A stretch of DNA of 64,000 nucleotides from Felis catus (lineage: Eukaryota), in contig NC_058383.1 in assembly GCF_018350175.1 (NCBI RefSeq), positions 26,662,001 through 26,726,000 on the forward strand. Direction: 5' to 3'. The translations under genes were made by a program, and so were the position numbers. The notes under the pieces were generated by a model. It did no database searches and had not been told where the DNA came from. It saw only the letters and a program-made list of their open reading frames with translations. Below, one piece after another: positions 49,274 through 61,714 of this stretch (the first letter of the stretch is position 1; each line of letters starts with the position of its first letter).

Positions 49274-50014
49274 TGTGTATCTAGTACATCTTACATCCTC
49301 CACATGAGAGAAAGGCTCCATAACACTCCTGTGTGAGTTTTAAATCTTTTCATGGAAAAGTATTTGGATAGTGAGAAATTCCACAGCTGCACATTCTGGA
49401 GGATTGCTATGTGCCAGGCATGTGCTGAGAAGCTTATTTCTTTATTTATTTTTCATTCTATCTCATGTGGCCCTCACCATCACAGCAATGACTTGATGTC
49501 CATATTATTTCAGGAGGGGAAGTCATCTCAGAATCAATTTTATTGACATCAGCAATAATAGTAATAAGGGTTATTATATGAGTGAATGGAAGTACAACAG
49601 GTGGCCTGTTCTGAAGCTATTCTGTGTTGTATGTGAACACAAAGCATTTGGTTTTCAAGAGCGGATTGAATGGACAGTCAGGCAGTCTGGGGAGGTGAGA
49701 CATCCAGTTGTTCATTCCTAGAAGAATCCTTAAAGAGGGTCAAACTTGGAGGCACCAGGGTTTATTTTATTAGGGAAGGCGGCCTTTCCTCACCTCCCTA
49801 TCCACAGATCCACGGCCCGAGGAATCTGAGAAATGGCTCCCCTAGTCCTTAGGCACAATCTGTTTCCATCGGACAACAAGCATGGCTGGCATACGGGGTC
49901 TGTACCTTTCACTGCGTCGGTGATAAACCTTGAGCCGAATCAGAGTTACTGGCCTTGTGTTCTGTCGTCTGGGACCTCCCGACTGCATGTGGTGCACTCA
50001 CACCCACATGCCCT

Positions 50015-50115
50015 TTTATTTATGACTTTTATTGAGTCTTCTGTGAAGTCATAAATTGACCAACCCTCCAGCTGGTTCGAGCCCTCATCAGGAAGCTGTC
50101 ATCAAAGTGAATCAC
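50015..50115. promoter_or_regulatory. Candidate enhancer: inverted pair of posterior-Hox/Cdx sites plus MEIS/TCF motifs
   Basis: atttatgactt (50018-50028) and aagtcataaat (50046-50056) form a perfect inverted repeat; CTGTCA at 50096-50101 overlaps ATCAAAG at 50101-50107. Confidence 0.35.
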
Positions 50116-50764
50116 ATTCTCAGTGGCTGTTCCTTCCCCAAAGGTTCATTGCAAAGGCTGGGATGTTTCCTGCAACTTGCTTAGAATATCTGTCAGCTCC
50201 TGGCAGCCCAGACTTGCTAAGCCAAGGTTCTTCTTTTTTTTTTTCCCCATTAAACAAAAAAAAGTGAAATAAAAGGTGAAGAAGAGGTGTCTGTATTTGG
50301 TCAGGGGTTCTCTCATGTCAGTATAACATTCTGGAAAAGCTTCAATTTTGGAGCAATGTAGTAGGTGAAGTTGACATACTTTTATTTCTGGCCCAGAAAT
50401 ATTCTGAGTAATTCTTGTACCAGGGACTTGGGACAAGGCAGAGATCGACATATTCCTGGGGGGATCTGGGAACCAGCAACTTAAACAGAAAGTGAGATTG
50501 GGCCTTGGACTTGGGATGGATCTGAGTGGAAGTGATTTCCCTAAAAGCAAAAGGTGCTAGAGAGTCCATGACAGCTCCTCAGACACCTGTCAGGCCCTGT
50601 GTTGAGGGTACCACATGCATTATCTCATCGATCTCCCAACAATCCTCGGTTAAGCCCCCATTTTACAGAAATGGAGACTCACAGAGGTTATAGGACTATT
50701 CAACTCACTCTCGGTCACATGGATAGTAAGTGGTAGGGCCAGCATTTGAACCCAGGTCTTATCT

Positions 50765-52340
50765 TAACTTTATCAAAATTCATCCATTTCAATGTACAGC
50801 TCAGTGATTTTTAGTAAATTTTACAATGTGTGCAACCATCACTACAATCCAGTTTTAGAAATTTCCATTTGCCCTCCACAAGATCCCTTTGTGCTCATTT
50901 GAATGCAATCTGCATTTTCATCTGTAGCTCCAGGCAACCCACTAATCTTCAGTATGTCTCTGTGAATTGACTTTTTTCTGGACATTTTATACAAATGGAA
51001 TCATATAATATGTGGTCTTTTCATCTGGCTTCTTTTATTTATCCAGCGGTACGTCCATGTGGTTGCAAGTATTAGTAGCTCATTCACTTTTAACACCGAA
51101 TAGTATTCTACTGGATGGGTATACCGCATTTGTTTATCTACTTACCAACTGATAGACATTTGGATTATTCCCATTTCCTAGCTGTTATGAATGATTCTGC
51201 TATGACCATTCACATGCATGTTTTTGTGTGGCTGTATGCCTTCATTTAAAAAAAAACATTTTTTTTGATGGTTATTTGTGAGAAAGAGAGACAGAGCACA
51301 AGTGGGGGAGGGGCAGAGAGAGAAGGAGACACAGATCTGAAGCAGGCTCCAGGCTCCGAGCTGTCAGCACAAAGCCCAGTACGGGGCTGGAACCCATGAA
51401 CTGCCAGATGGTGACCTGAGCTGAAGTCAGATGCTTAACCGGCGGTGCCACCCAGGTGCCCCCGCCTTCATTTTTTTAAAGGTAGATTCCTAAGAGTAGC
51501 ATTGCTGGGTTTAATAGTTTATGTTTAACTTTACAGAAAAACTACCAAGTTGGTTGTTTTTTAATGTTTATTTATTTATTTTTGAGACAGAGAGAGAGAG
51601 AGAGAGAACTCACACACAAGCAGGGGAGGGGCAGAGAGAGGGAGACACAGAATCCAAAGCAGGCTCCAGGCTCTGAGCTGTCAGCACAGAGTCCGATGTG
51701 AGACTCAAACCCACAAACCGTGACATCATGACCTGAGCTGAACTCAAACGCCCAACTGACTGAGCCACCCAGGCACCCCCAAGCTATTTTTATTTAAAGT
51801 TTTTTTTTTTTTAAAGTTTGGTGTGCCTAGGTGACTCTTGGTTTTGGTTTCGGTTATGATCTTATGGTTTGTGGGATTAAGCCCCACATTGGGCTCTGTG
51901 CTGACAGCGTGGAGCCTGCTTTGGATTCTCTCCTCTCTTTTCCCTCTCCCCATTCATGCTCTCCCTCTCTCTCTTAAATAAATAAGCATTAAAAAAAAAG
52001 GTCCAACAATTTTTTTTTTTTTAAACGTAGGCTCCATGCCCAATGTGGGACTTGAACACACACTGGGTCAAGAGTCACACCCTTGTGCCTGGGTGGCTCA
52101 GTCATTTAAGGGTCTGACTTCAGCTCAGGTCATGGTTTCACGGGTTCGTGAGTTCAAGCCCAGCAGGGGGTTTGCAGCTGTCGCTTCAGATCCTCTGTCC
52201 ACCTACCCCTCAGTCCCTCCCTCCCTCTCAAAAATAAATAAAAATATTTAAAAAAAAGAGAAAAGAATCACATGCTCCACAGACTGAGCCAGCCAGGTAC
52301 CCCCAAACTGTTTTTGAAATCACTGTGTCATTTTACACTG
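50765..52340 (-). mobile_element. L1M 3' end in a MIR, interrupted by a CanSINE cluster (-51248-51463, -51556-51780, +51819-51980, -52009-52304 containing +52084-52262)
   Basis: tgtgcaaccatcactacaatccagttttagaa..tggacattttatacaaatggaatcata; TSDs gccttcattt and aaga(g/a)tcaca. Confidence 0.85.
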
Positions 52341-52522
52341 AAATCAGGTCCTGTGATGTTGAAGTTCATGTTCCTAATCACTGTTATATACACGCCTCAC
52401 ATTACTCCATGCCATTTATAATCTATTAACTTCAACAACCATTGCTTGATGTCTGTTCTATGCTGGACCTTGTACTAGAAGGTAGGAATAGAGGAGTCAA
52501 AGACAGGATTTCTTCCTGCCTT

Positions 52523-53370
52523 CTGTGGTGTATTGGATTATTAATCACAATTCTTTTACCATATGACCTTGTGGTACACTAGGTGAATGGAGTGGATTTC
52601 CCTACTCAAGGACTTAAGCTGTTGGGAAAGGCAGTCTCCTGTGTGTGGTCATTTGGCCTCAGCTTGGCCTTATGAGTGGGTTTGAGCCTGGAACGTTTCC
52701 TTACTGCGAGAGTCAGGGTTCTCACAGTCTATGCTGGGCTTAGGGCCTTGTGAAGAAAGATCTTTCTCTGTTCCCAGATTGATATGTAGTCTTGTTCTTC
52801 TTAAGCACGTGACCAGTGGCTCTCATGCACGCCCACGGCTTTCTGTATTTCAGACCCCAGTGGGAAGGTTTGAGTTCCTTCCGCTGCAGCATGAAATGGG
52901 GGTAAGTGCTGTGTTGGTGTGGAACGGATCCACTGGCCATGGCGGACTGACACATTGCACAGGCCTGGCGCTTGTGCACTAGCTCTCCTTTCTTGCTGCA
53001 AGTAAATGCTGGACCATGCTGAGCCTTGTATGCATGCAGTCTGTTTTCAGCAAACCATGCACCGGCCTCTCCCTTGGGTGCACTTCTCTGCCTTTAAACT
53101 TTAGTTGCACTCATGTTTATATTCTATCCTGCAGCACAGTCTGACTACCCAGTGAAATGGTGAAATACTGGTTTTGGCTATGTGACCTGCTGTGGCCAAT
53201 GGCACTTTAGCAGATATGATGCAAACAGACACCTCAAATGTGCCTGTGTGTTTTGCTCACCTTCTTGCACTCTTATGACCCACCGTAGAAAAGCACACCC
53301 TGGGTAGCTGCTGTTCCTTCGGCCTGAGGCTCTGAACAAACATATGTGGAGCTGACCTGATTCAGCTCAC
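52523..53370 (+). mobile_element. MLT1(I/J-like) LTR split by a second ERVL-like LTR (about 52620-53168)
   Basis: Host sequence ..ccctactcaaggactt resumes as tggttttggctatgtgacctgctgtggccaatgg; the insert starts TGttgggaaaggcagtctc; its family is not identified. Confidence 0.6.
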
Positions 53371-53451
53371 AGTTTAAAGTTATGTGCAGGTCACCTGTCT
53401 CTCCTTTTCCTTGAGAAGGAAAAAGGTATTGGGTCATGTCGATTCCAGGGC

Positions 53452-53470
53452 TGGCCATTGGGTGGCGCTG
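53452..53470 (+). promoter_or_regulatory. CTCF-like core motif
   Basis: tggccattgggtggcgctg versus consensus TGGCCACCAGGGGGCGCTA. Confidence 0.45.
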
Positions 53471-53584
53471 TCAACCTAGGACAGCTTGGTTGCTGTGCTG
53501 GTTATAAATACGAGCGCTTCTATAATCTACACATAATCTGTACTTCTGGGGCTGGAAATTTGCATGCTATATGTCCTATGCGTC

Positions 53585-54150
53585 TCTGACAGCTGGCTTC
53601 ACTTTGGGGTGCACTGGCTGGAAATCAGAGGGTGGAAAAGGAGGGAAATTTCTGTAGTTGTAGCCACAGGAGAGGTGGATTAGTTCCAGACTCCAATATC
53701 CAAGGCAGAGACAGCACTTTTCGTGCAGTGCTAGCCCTGGAGGAGGTGGCCCCCCTTTGAAAACTCCAGAAGAGATTCCTCAGTATCTCCAACACTACAC
53801 TGGGTGCAGGCTCACAGATCCAACCTGTTTTTATTTTTTCTTCCAAAAAAGTTTTTTTTCTTTTATAGTAGGCTCCACACTCAGCATGGAGACCAATGTG
53901 GGGCTTGAATGCATGAACCTGAGATCAAGACCTGAGCTGAGATCAAGGGTCAGACACTTAACCAACTGAGCCACCCAGGCACCCAGCATTAACAGCTTCT
54001 GATGTCTGATTATCATCCTTCTTCTTTCTGCTTATCAAACCCTCCCTTTCTAATTGTTTTCCCATCCACCCCCAAACCTTTGTAATCAATTCTTTTGTTT
54101 GGAACGCCTAGAGTGGTTTCTGCTTTGCTGATACTGCTTTCTGAAGCACA
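53585..54150 (+). mobile_element. LTR33-like ERVL LTR containing a CanSINE (-, about 53845-53984)
   Basis: 3' end cctttgtaatcaattc..cctagagtggtttctgcttt..ctga; boundaries approximate. Confidence 0.55.
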
Positions 54151-55714
54151 AGCATAGGAAACCATTGATCTTGAGCTGGGTGGAAGGAGGGGAATGATGA
54201 GAAACTGTCCACTTCTGTGTATGAGAAAAACATTGGCCAACCTTAATTCTACAGGCCAAGGAGGGCTTCCAAATTATATTCGTGAATTCTTTTTCTTCTT
54301 ACTGTTTTATATCATGATGCATTGAACAAAGATAGTCCATGATTGGATACCGCTAATCGATACTATGCCCTCTCTTGTGACTTTTCTTTCTCGTTTGTCC
54401 TGAAGATAGGTTGAAATGAACCAGTGATACACTGAGTTAGTTTAATTGAACATCATTCCTGGAACTCTGCTTCTTTCTCTTCTGCCTTGACCTCCCACAG
54501 GAATTTAGTGACTCCAAGAGGCAGGCCAGCTAAGTGCGAAGCTACTCTGCTCACAAAATGGTGATCTTCCTACCTTTAGTTCTCCAGCCTGCCCCAGCTT
54601 ACCTCTTTCTCAGAATCCATGTGGTCCCTTTTACTGAAGCCCATCAGGGTCCAGTTTTACAGACGATGTCAGGAGGAGTGATTGGGACTAGAGGAAAAGG
54701 TACCCAGGCACAGTTGCTAAAACGTCTCCTGAGGTCTGCAACAGCCCCCAAGGTCTCTGTTGATTACTTTAAGCAAAGCTCTTCAGTTTCTCTGTGGGGA
54801 ACTTCTCTCTAAGTGACTACAATCAGGTTAGGCAGGTGACTGAGGAAACAAGGCTGAACAATGGGTTTTCCGTTCAAGTTAGTTCATATCAGCAAGAAGC
54901 CCTAAATCTGGGTTTTTTTCAGCCTCACTTGGAGATGAAGGAAAGAGTTTAGTCACCCTGCTGTGGAAAAAATAGGCCATTATTGTCAAAAGAAGGGACC
55001 TGTCCTAGATTTGAGAGATGCATGTTGTCCTGGATGGTTTCTAGGTCTCAGTGGGATGGCCTGTTGATATCAGCTCCCCCCTGTACCTAAGAAGGATATG
55101 AACGTGAAGGTGAATTCTTTGTGGAGCCAGACACCCGGGATCTGATACCTGAAGCTGTCGGCCTCATGTCAGCTTATCTACTTTTCCCAACTCCCCACTA
55201 GAGAAATCCTGTTTCCTTTCAAGCGTACGTCACGCTGATTTCATTTCAGTCACACAACCAGCCTGGTCCTTATCACACTGGCTCAGAAGCATCTGTAGAA
55301 GGACTCCTTCCTGGAACCAGGCAGTCAGCGTTCAAGTGCCAGCTGGACCTCACCAGAGTCATGTGCCTTTGGGAAAGTTGTCCTACCTCTGAGAACCTCA
55401 GTTACTCCGCCTGCAAGATGGGGGCGGTGCGAAAGTCTGTACTACTTACCTCGCAGACTTGTGGTGACTGTCAGAGTGGATGATGTAATGTCAGTGTAGG
55501 GAAAAATGTAGCCCTCAGCTGTCTGGGTTTGTGCCCGTTCTCTCACACATCAGAAATTGCGTCAGCACTCAAGATACAGGTGACACTTTATGTACCACTG
55601 TTCATTTGTAGCTCCTGACCATTTGGTTGACGCTTGGATATCAAGCTGGCTTGTTAATGCCCTGACCGAAGTCTCATCCGTTCGTATGACAAAGATCTTC
55701 CATGTTCTAAGCTA

Positions 55715-55875
55715 CTGCTTCTCAAACTTTTCATGTAGACGAGTCACCAGAGATACTGTTAAAATGCAGATTCTGATTCAGTGGGTCTGAGGGGGAGGGG
55801 CAGAGATACTGCATTTCCCACAGACTGCTGGGTGATACCCACACTGCTGGTGTAAAGATCACATTTGGAGTAGCA
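55715..55875. mobile_element. MER5A-like element
   Basis: cttctcaaactt..tgttaaaatgcagattctgattcagtgggtctg..ctgcattt..atcacatttggagtagca. Confidence 0.85.
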
Positions 55876-55935
55876 AGAGTCTGAGAAATGTCTCTCCTTT
55901 GCACTCGCTTGATGTGATGCCACACCTGTATTTAC

Positions 55936-56029
55936 CTGTTTCAAGTTCAAATCCACCTTCTACAGTCTTGAATAAGCTGACACCTCAACAGAAATCATAC
56001 AGAAATTACGGTAACCAGAAGTACCCCCG
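55936..56029 (-). other. Candidate non-coding exon (94 nt)
   Basis: Minus strand ttattgtttcttccctacAG|CGGGGG..TTGAAACAG|GTAAAT; stops in all three frames; unique sequence. Confidence 0.4.
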
Positions 56030-57011
56030 CTGTAGGGAAGAAACAATAATGTCTGCCTAAGGACCGAAACTTGGTAGTGAAGGGTTTGTGGTGCACCATT
56101 GGCTGTAAGCTGCCCGGCACTAAGGGAAGCTCTTGTGTGGGTCAGAGCAGAGTTGGCCATTTCCCTTGTCCCTTTATGAGCAAAAGCTTGAGTGCCTGCA
56201 CATTTTTGCCTTCCTGGATGTTGCCGACCCCCAATACATGTCCGATGAGCTAAAAGGGTTTTGAGTGAGTAGGAAATTAAGCAGTCTTCCCCCTCCGCCA
56301 GTTGGAGGTCTGTCTATTGCTCCACACCTCAGGAAAACCAATGATACCTTCATCAGAACCTCTTCTCCCCCCCAATGTTTCATTTCTTTCCACATATAGC
56401 CAAACTGGCCACCCAACAGTGAACATCCACCCCTCTTGTGCTGTAAGTTCAGATGTATAAGGGCAGGGCAGAGAGATGCCTCAGGCTCTGGCAGTTGGTA
56501 TTTCCTGTAGCCCTGAAATAACCACTTTTATTCTCATGGCCCATATTGAAATACAAATCTCCCGCTATTCATTTAGAGGACACAAGTGGCACCCATCAAT
56601 TTTGCACACTTGCACCTGTGCTTCCCCCATCCCCCAGAGCAATGGTCTTCCACAATGACCGAGTCCTTTTGACATGAATAAGTCTAGTGTCAAAGCATGG
56701 TGTGGCTCAAAAAACCCATGCACCAAAAGATATAAAATACTTTATTGTGTTTTTACATTATGAAGCACTGGGGAGTGTGAGAATCTTTCTTCCTTTGATC
56801 TTTTTTTCGCTTTCCTCTCCTCTTTTCTCCCTCCCTCCCTTCCTTCTTTTCACCTATATCTACCTTTCTGTGTAACATCTATGTGTTGGAGATTAGAAGA
56901 ATAACCAGAAAGAGAGAGGGGGCAAAAAGGATTCAAATAAGGGAAAATGGAAGGTAAATAGATTTCATAATTTTTGAAGGTTATGAGTGTCAAGATTTCA
57001 GGCTTTTCTTT

Positions 57012-57460
57012 TTTTTTTTTTCAAAATTTTTTTTAATGTTTTATTTATTTAAAAAAATTTTTTTTTCAACGTTTATTTATTTTTGGGACAGAGAGAGACA
57101 GAGCATGAACGGGGAAGGGGCAGAGAGAGAGGGAGACACAGAATCAGAAACAGGCTCCAGGCTCTGAGCCATCAGCCCAGAGCCTGACGCGGGGCTCGAA
57201 CTCATGGACCGCGAGATCGTGACCTGGCTGAAGTCGGACGCTTAACCAACTGCGCCACCCAGGGGCCCCCTGTTTTATTTATTTTTGAGACAGAGAGAGA
57301 CAGAGCATGAACGGGGGAGGGGCAGACACAGAATGGAAGCAGGCTTCAGGCTCTGAGCCATCAGCCCAGAGCCCGACGTGGGGCTCGAACTCACGGACCG
57401 CGAGATTGTGACCTGAGCTGAAGTCGGAAGCCCAACCGACTGAGCCACCCAGGCGCCCCA
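57012..57460 (-). mobile_element. Young SINEC_Fc (57051-57270) nested in the tail region of another SINEC_Fc
   Basis: Outer TSD gatttcaggcttttcttt at 56994-57011 and 57462-57479; inner TSD tgttttatttattt at 57037-57050 and 57271-57284. Confidence 0.93.
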
Positions 57461-58249
57461 TGATTTCAGGCTTTTCTTTTGCTCCCAACAAAACAAGCAA
57501 GCAGGCAAATAAAGAAACCCTGCAGGGATTGACACAAGATGAACAAAGTTTTAGAAGCTTTTCCTCAGAAAAAAAAGCCATGCTGATTTACAAGCAGAGT
57601 ATCTGTTGCGAGGATTTGGAAGGAGATGAAAATGTATCACTAGCCATCTAGACGTTTGTCAAAACAACTGAATTCTATGAAGTGGAAAGGATGCACGAAA
57701 GAACCAATATTAGGGAAGGAAGTTTGAAATGGGCTCTATTGTGTCAGAATTTTTCTACAAAGACAGGGAAGCTTTCAACTGTGTGGGACAAAGGCTCTCA
57801 CTAAATGAGAAACCAACAGACCTTGTAGAGGGGTGTTTAATTTCACCTTGAAGGTCACTTGGCTTTGTCAACTCCGGACATGTGGTCAAACCCGCTTCTG
57901 CTCAAACATGTCAGTATTTTTCTTCAGCATCCTCCCTGGGTCCCGGGGCATATGTCTACTTTAGGGATTTAGTGCCCACCTCTTGGATATGGGGAAAGGC
58001 GCACAACACCTTGATCTACAGTCCTGCTGTGACTGTTTACAGACGGGAGAGGTAATTCCCCAAAAAGAGAAAGGGGTGCTGTTATCAGAAGAATGAGGAA
58101 TGGATGCTGCCCATCTGAAAACAACAAAGACTTCCTGTACTTGGGAGGTGATACTTGATTCCAATTTTGCATTCAGCCTCTGTTGATGGCTCAGGTTCCC
58201 AGATGACTCTGGGCCTGACTTCCCATGCTGTGCCTTTGTCCTACTGAAG

Positions 58250-59500
58250 CATTACATCCCAGTAGCAATGAGCGCTTCTAATGCTCAGATCTTGGTTCCT
58301 AAATAGCATTGTCCACAAAAAGTTACCAGAGCTCCTTGGAGAAATGGATGACCGTAGGGTCATGGAAGGAAAGGTGCGAGGTATACCTGAAACATCTTTT
58401 GTTCATCAGAAAATATGGAGTGCTAAAAAAAATGATGGAGGTGTGTCACAATAATCCAGGAGCCAGCCCAAAGCCAGATCCCACTGGCCAAATCTGGGAT
58501 AATCTGAGCATCAAAATCACTAATGGTAGTTATGGAGTGTATATAACACATGGGATTAAAGAAGAATCCACGACTTCATGTTGATGTTAAGAAAGAAAAA
58601 GATGAGGGAGGGAGAGGGGAAAGTGCTGAAGGACATCAGGTAATTAATGTAGAAGAAATGACGAGTTTACCAACTCGCATTTTGCAACCACCCTGGAAAT
58701 ACTCGATTCAGGCAGGAATCAGCAACCTAGGCAGAAACCATTAGGTGAATTATTCTGGAGAAGAGTGTAATACCAGTCTCAAGATATCTCCCCACGGATT
58801 ACTGATTAATTCACAGTAAAGGCACCCTGGGAATGGAGAACTGTGCGGGCACCACCTTAGCTGAGTCATCAAACTTATCATCATGTGCCTCCTGATATGA
58901 GCACTGAGCATGTCACAGAAATACCTATGCGGTATTCTTGCCCAAATTATCACCATGAGGAGACAATCCAATAAATCCAAGTTGAGGGGCATTGTGCAAA
59001 ACAACTGGCCTGGACTTCTCAAAAATATTAACGTCCTAAAAATAAGCAAGCAAACAAACAAACAAACAAACACATTTGAGAGCTGTTCTAGATGAAAGGA
59101 GAATAAAAGGGAAAGCACAATGAAATGTGATATGCGAACTTTGATTGTGTCCTGGCCTGCCCCCCACCCCCCAAAAAATCCCACTCTAAAGAACATTACG
59201 GGGACAATTGGGAAAATTTGAATATGGACGGATTTTTAGATAATAGTATTACATTGATAGTCGATCTCCAGAGTGTGGTAATTAAGTTATAATTTTATAG
59301 CTCAACGTCCTTACTCTTAGGAAATACATGACAAGCTCTGTAGGATTGAACTACCTGCAGTTTACTCTCAAACGGTTCAGCACTATATATATATATATAT
59401 ATCTATATATATATATATATATATATATGGCAAAATGTTAACTCATCACATCTAAATCTTGGATGTATGTTTTCTTCTTGTTGGACCTTTCTTACAACTC
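58250..59500 (+). mobile_element. L1MC/L1MD-like long 3'UTR with (TA)n at about 59383-59428
   Basis: tacatcccagtagcaatgagc..cagatcttggttcctaaata..ctccttggagaaatgg; aaatccaagttgaggggcattgtgcaaaacaactggcctg. Confidence 0.8.
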
Positions 59501-59519
59501 TATCATAGATATGAAGCTT

Positions 59520-59743
59520 TTTTTTTAAAAAAGGTATTTTTAAAAATATTTATTTTGAGAGAGAGGGAGAGACAGAGCATGAGCAGGGGAGGGGCAGAGA
59601 AAGAGGGAGACAGAGAATCCGAAGAAGGCTCCATGCTCTGAACTGTTAGCACAGAGCCCAAAATGGGGCTTGGACCCACAAACGGTGAGATCATAACCTG
59701 AGTCCAAGTCAGACGCTTAAGTGACTGAGCCACCCAGGTGCCC
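59520..59743 (-). mobile_element. CanSINE
   Basis: Antisense body; flanks tcatagatatgaag and tcataaatgtgaag. Confidence 0.9.
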
Positions 59744-60572
59744 TCATAAATGTGAAGTTTTTAAATGTTAAAAGTTGGGTAAGAGTGCATCTGTGGGGTC
59801 CGAGTCTTGGCAAGGATGTTGGGTTCACTCTCAGCCTTCTGGGCCCTCCTCCTTGTCTGCACAGCACAGCACTGGTGACAGTTGCTTTTTCAGATTTTCA
59901 CGGTAAAAGGTGTTGGCATCCTCAGCCATTGACCAAACCATGTTCCAAGGATGTATTTCCAAGTCCAGCTGGAGAGAGAAATGGACATATCGGGATGATG
60001 GGTCTTGAAATGGCTGGCAGTAAATTTATGGGCTTGTGCCCTAAGGGCTGTCTTCAGGGCTTGCCAAGTGAGCTCTCTGAATAGTGAAGATTAGTCCCAG
60101 AATTGCAAGTCAATTTATGTCAGTTAAGTGGGGACCCCAGAAACCTCAAAAGAAAAAACTGACAGATTTGACCATATACCAATTAAAATTTCTGAGGCAT
60201 TAGGCAGGGTGAACTCTAAATAATGAGAACTCATGGCAGAGTTACTATCCCTAATACTCATAGTTACTGCCAGCTGATTTAAAACAAAAACACCCCAATA
60301 GGAAATTAGGCAAGAGGAGGTAAACAGGCAAGTCACAATGCAGGATGTGCAAATGACCAATAAAAATCTGAAGCTATATGCAACTTTCCTGTGTTTAAAG
60401 ATTTTTCATTTGACTTTTAAATGAAATACAATTATATATTCATCAGATTGGAAAAAGTTATTAAAACAGTTGATGTTATCTACAGTGGGAAAGGAAATAA
60501 TGTTTTATATACTGCTGGTGTGACAGTAAATCACAACATTTTTAGGAAAGGCATTTTCTGTTAAAATTTTAA

Positions 60573-60781
60573 TTTTTTTTAATGTTTATTTATTTTGGAG
60601 ACAGAGAGAGACAGAGCATGAACGGGGGAGGGTCAGAGAGAGGGACACACAGAATCTGAAACAGGCTCCAGGCTCTGAGCTGTCAGCACAGAGCCCAACG
60701 TGGGGCTCGAACTCCTGGACCATGAGATCATGACCTGAGCCGAAGTCAGATGCTTAACCGACTGAGCCACCCAGGCACCCC
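60573..60781 (-). mobile_element. CanSINE within ancient L1ME-like fragments (about 60130-61005, +)
   Basis: TSD tctgttaaaattttaa at 60557-60572 and 60782-60797. Confidence 0.9.
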
Positions 60782-61009
60782 TCTGTTAAAATTTTAAAAA
60801 GAGCACATGCTTTGATACAGAAGTTACACTTTGAGGAATCCATACTATAAGGAACAAAGGCATCGGTAGCTAAGGATATGTGTTAGTAGCTAAGGATATG
60901 TTGTACATGAGTTCTCCTAATAGCTCTAGAAGGCAACAATAGGACCAACCTGAATTGGAGACCACCTGAATGTCTATTAACAGAGGAATGGTTGATGAAT
61001 GAATGGATC

Positions 61010-61118
61010 ATTCATTTACTTGTGTATATATTTTAAGCATCTACTATATGCTAGGCATAATTCTAGATACTGAGGATAGGGCAGAGAATAATACAGATTT
61101 TGTCCCTTTATCATGAAG

Positions 61119-61160
<42 letters not shown>

Positions 61161-61560
61161 CAAGGGAAAGACAATAAATAAGAGAAAAAATAAGGAAGAT
61201 AATCTCAAATAGTGATACATGTTACAAACAAAATAAAAGGAGGTTAATGAATTAGAGAGTGGCTGGATGGGGGTCACATTTGAATAAGGTGGTCACGGAT
61301 GCCTCTCTGAGAAGGTGATATTTGAACAGAGACCTGAATGATGGCAGGGAGCCAGGTCTGGGAACATCTTGATGAAAAGTGTGCCAGGCAGAGGGAATAG
61401 TAAATATAAATGGGCAGGAATAAGTGATCAAGGAGTGAAAAAAGACCAGTGTGGCTGGAGCCTTGTGGGAGAGGAGGAGAGTGATATGATGTGAGATAAG
61501 AGAAGGTGGGGCGATCACATAGGGCTTTGAGGCCATGAAAGGAGTTTCATTTTCATTTTA
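61010..61560 (-). mobile_element. L2 3' end with (GT)n at about 61120-61157
   Basis: agcatctactatatgctaggca..gcctctctgagaaggtgatatttgaacagagacctgaatga. Confidence 0.85.
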
Positions 61561-61714
61561 GTACATGTAATAGGAGTTCAGATTTTAACACACAACACTC
61601 AAAATTATGTACCTGTATCTGTATAACTATTTTACCTTTATCTACCCATCTATATCTCTATGTATCTGTATCCGTCTATACCTGTAGCCATGGCTATAGC
61701 TATATCCACTTTAC

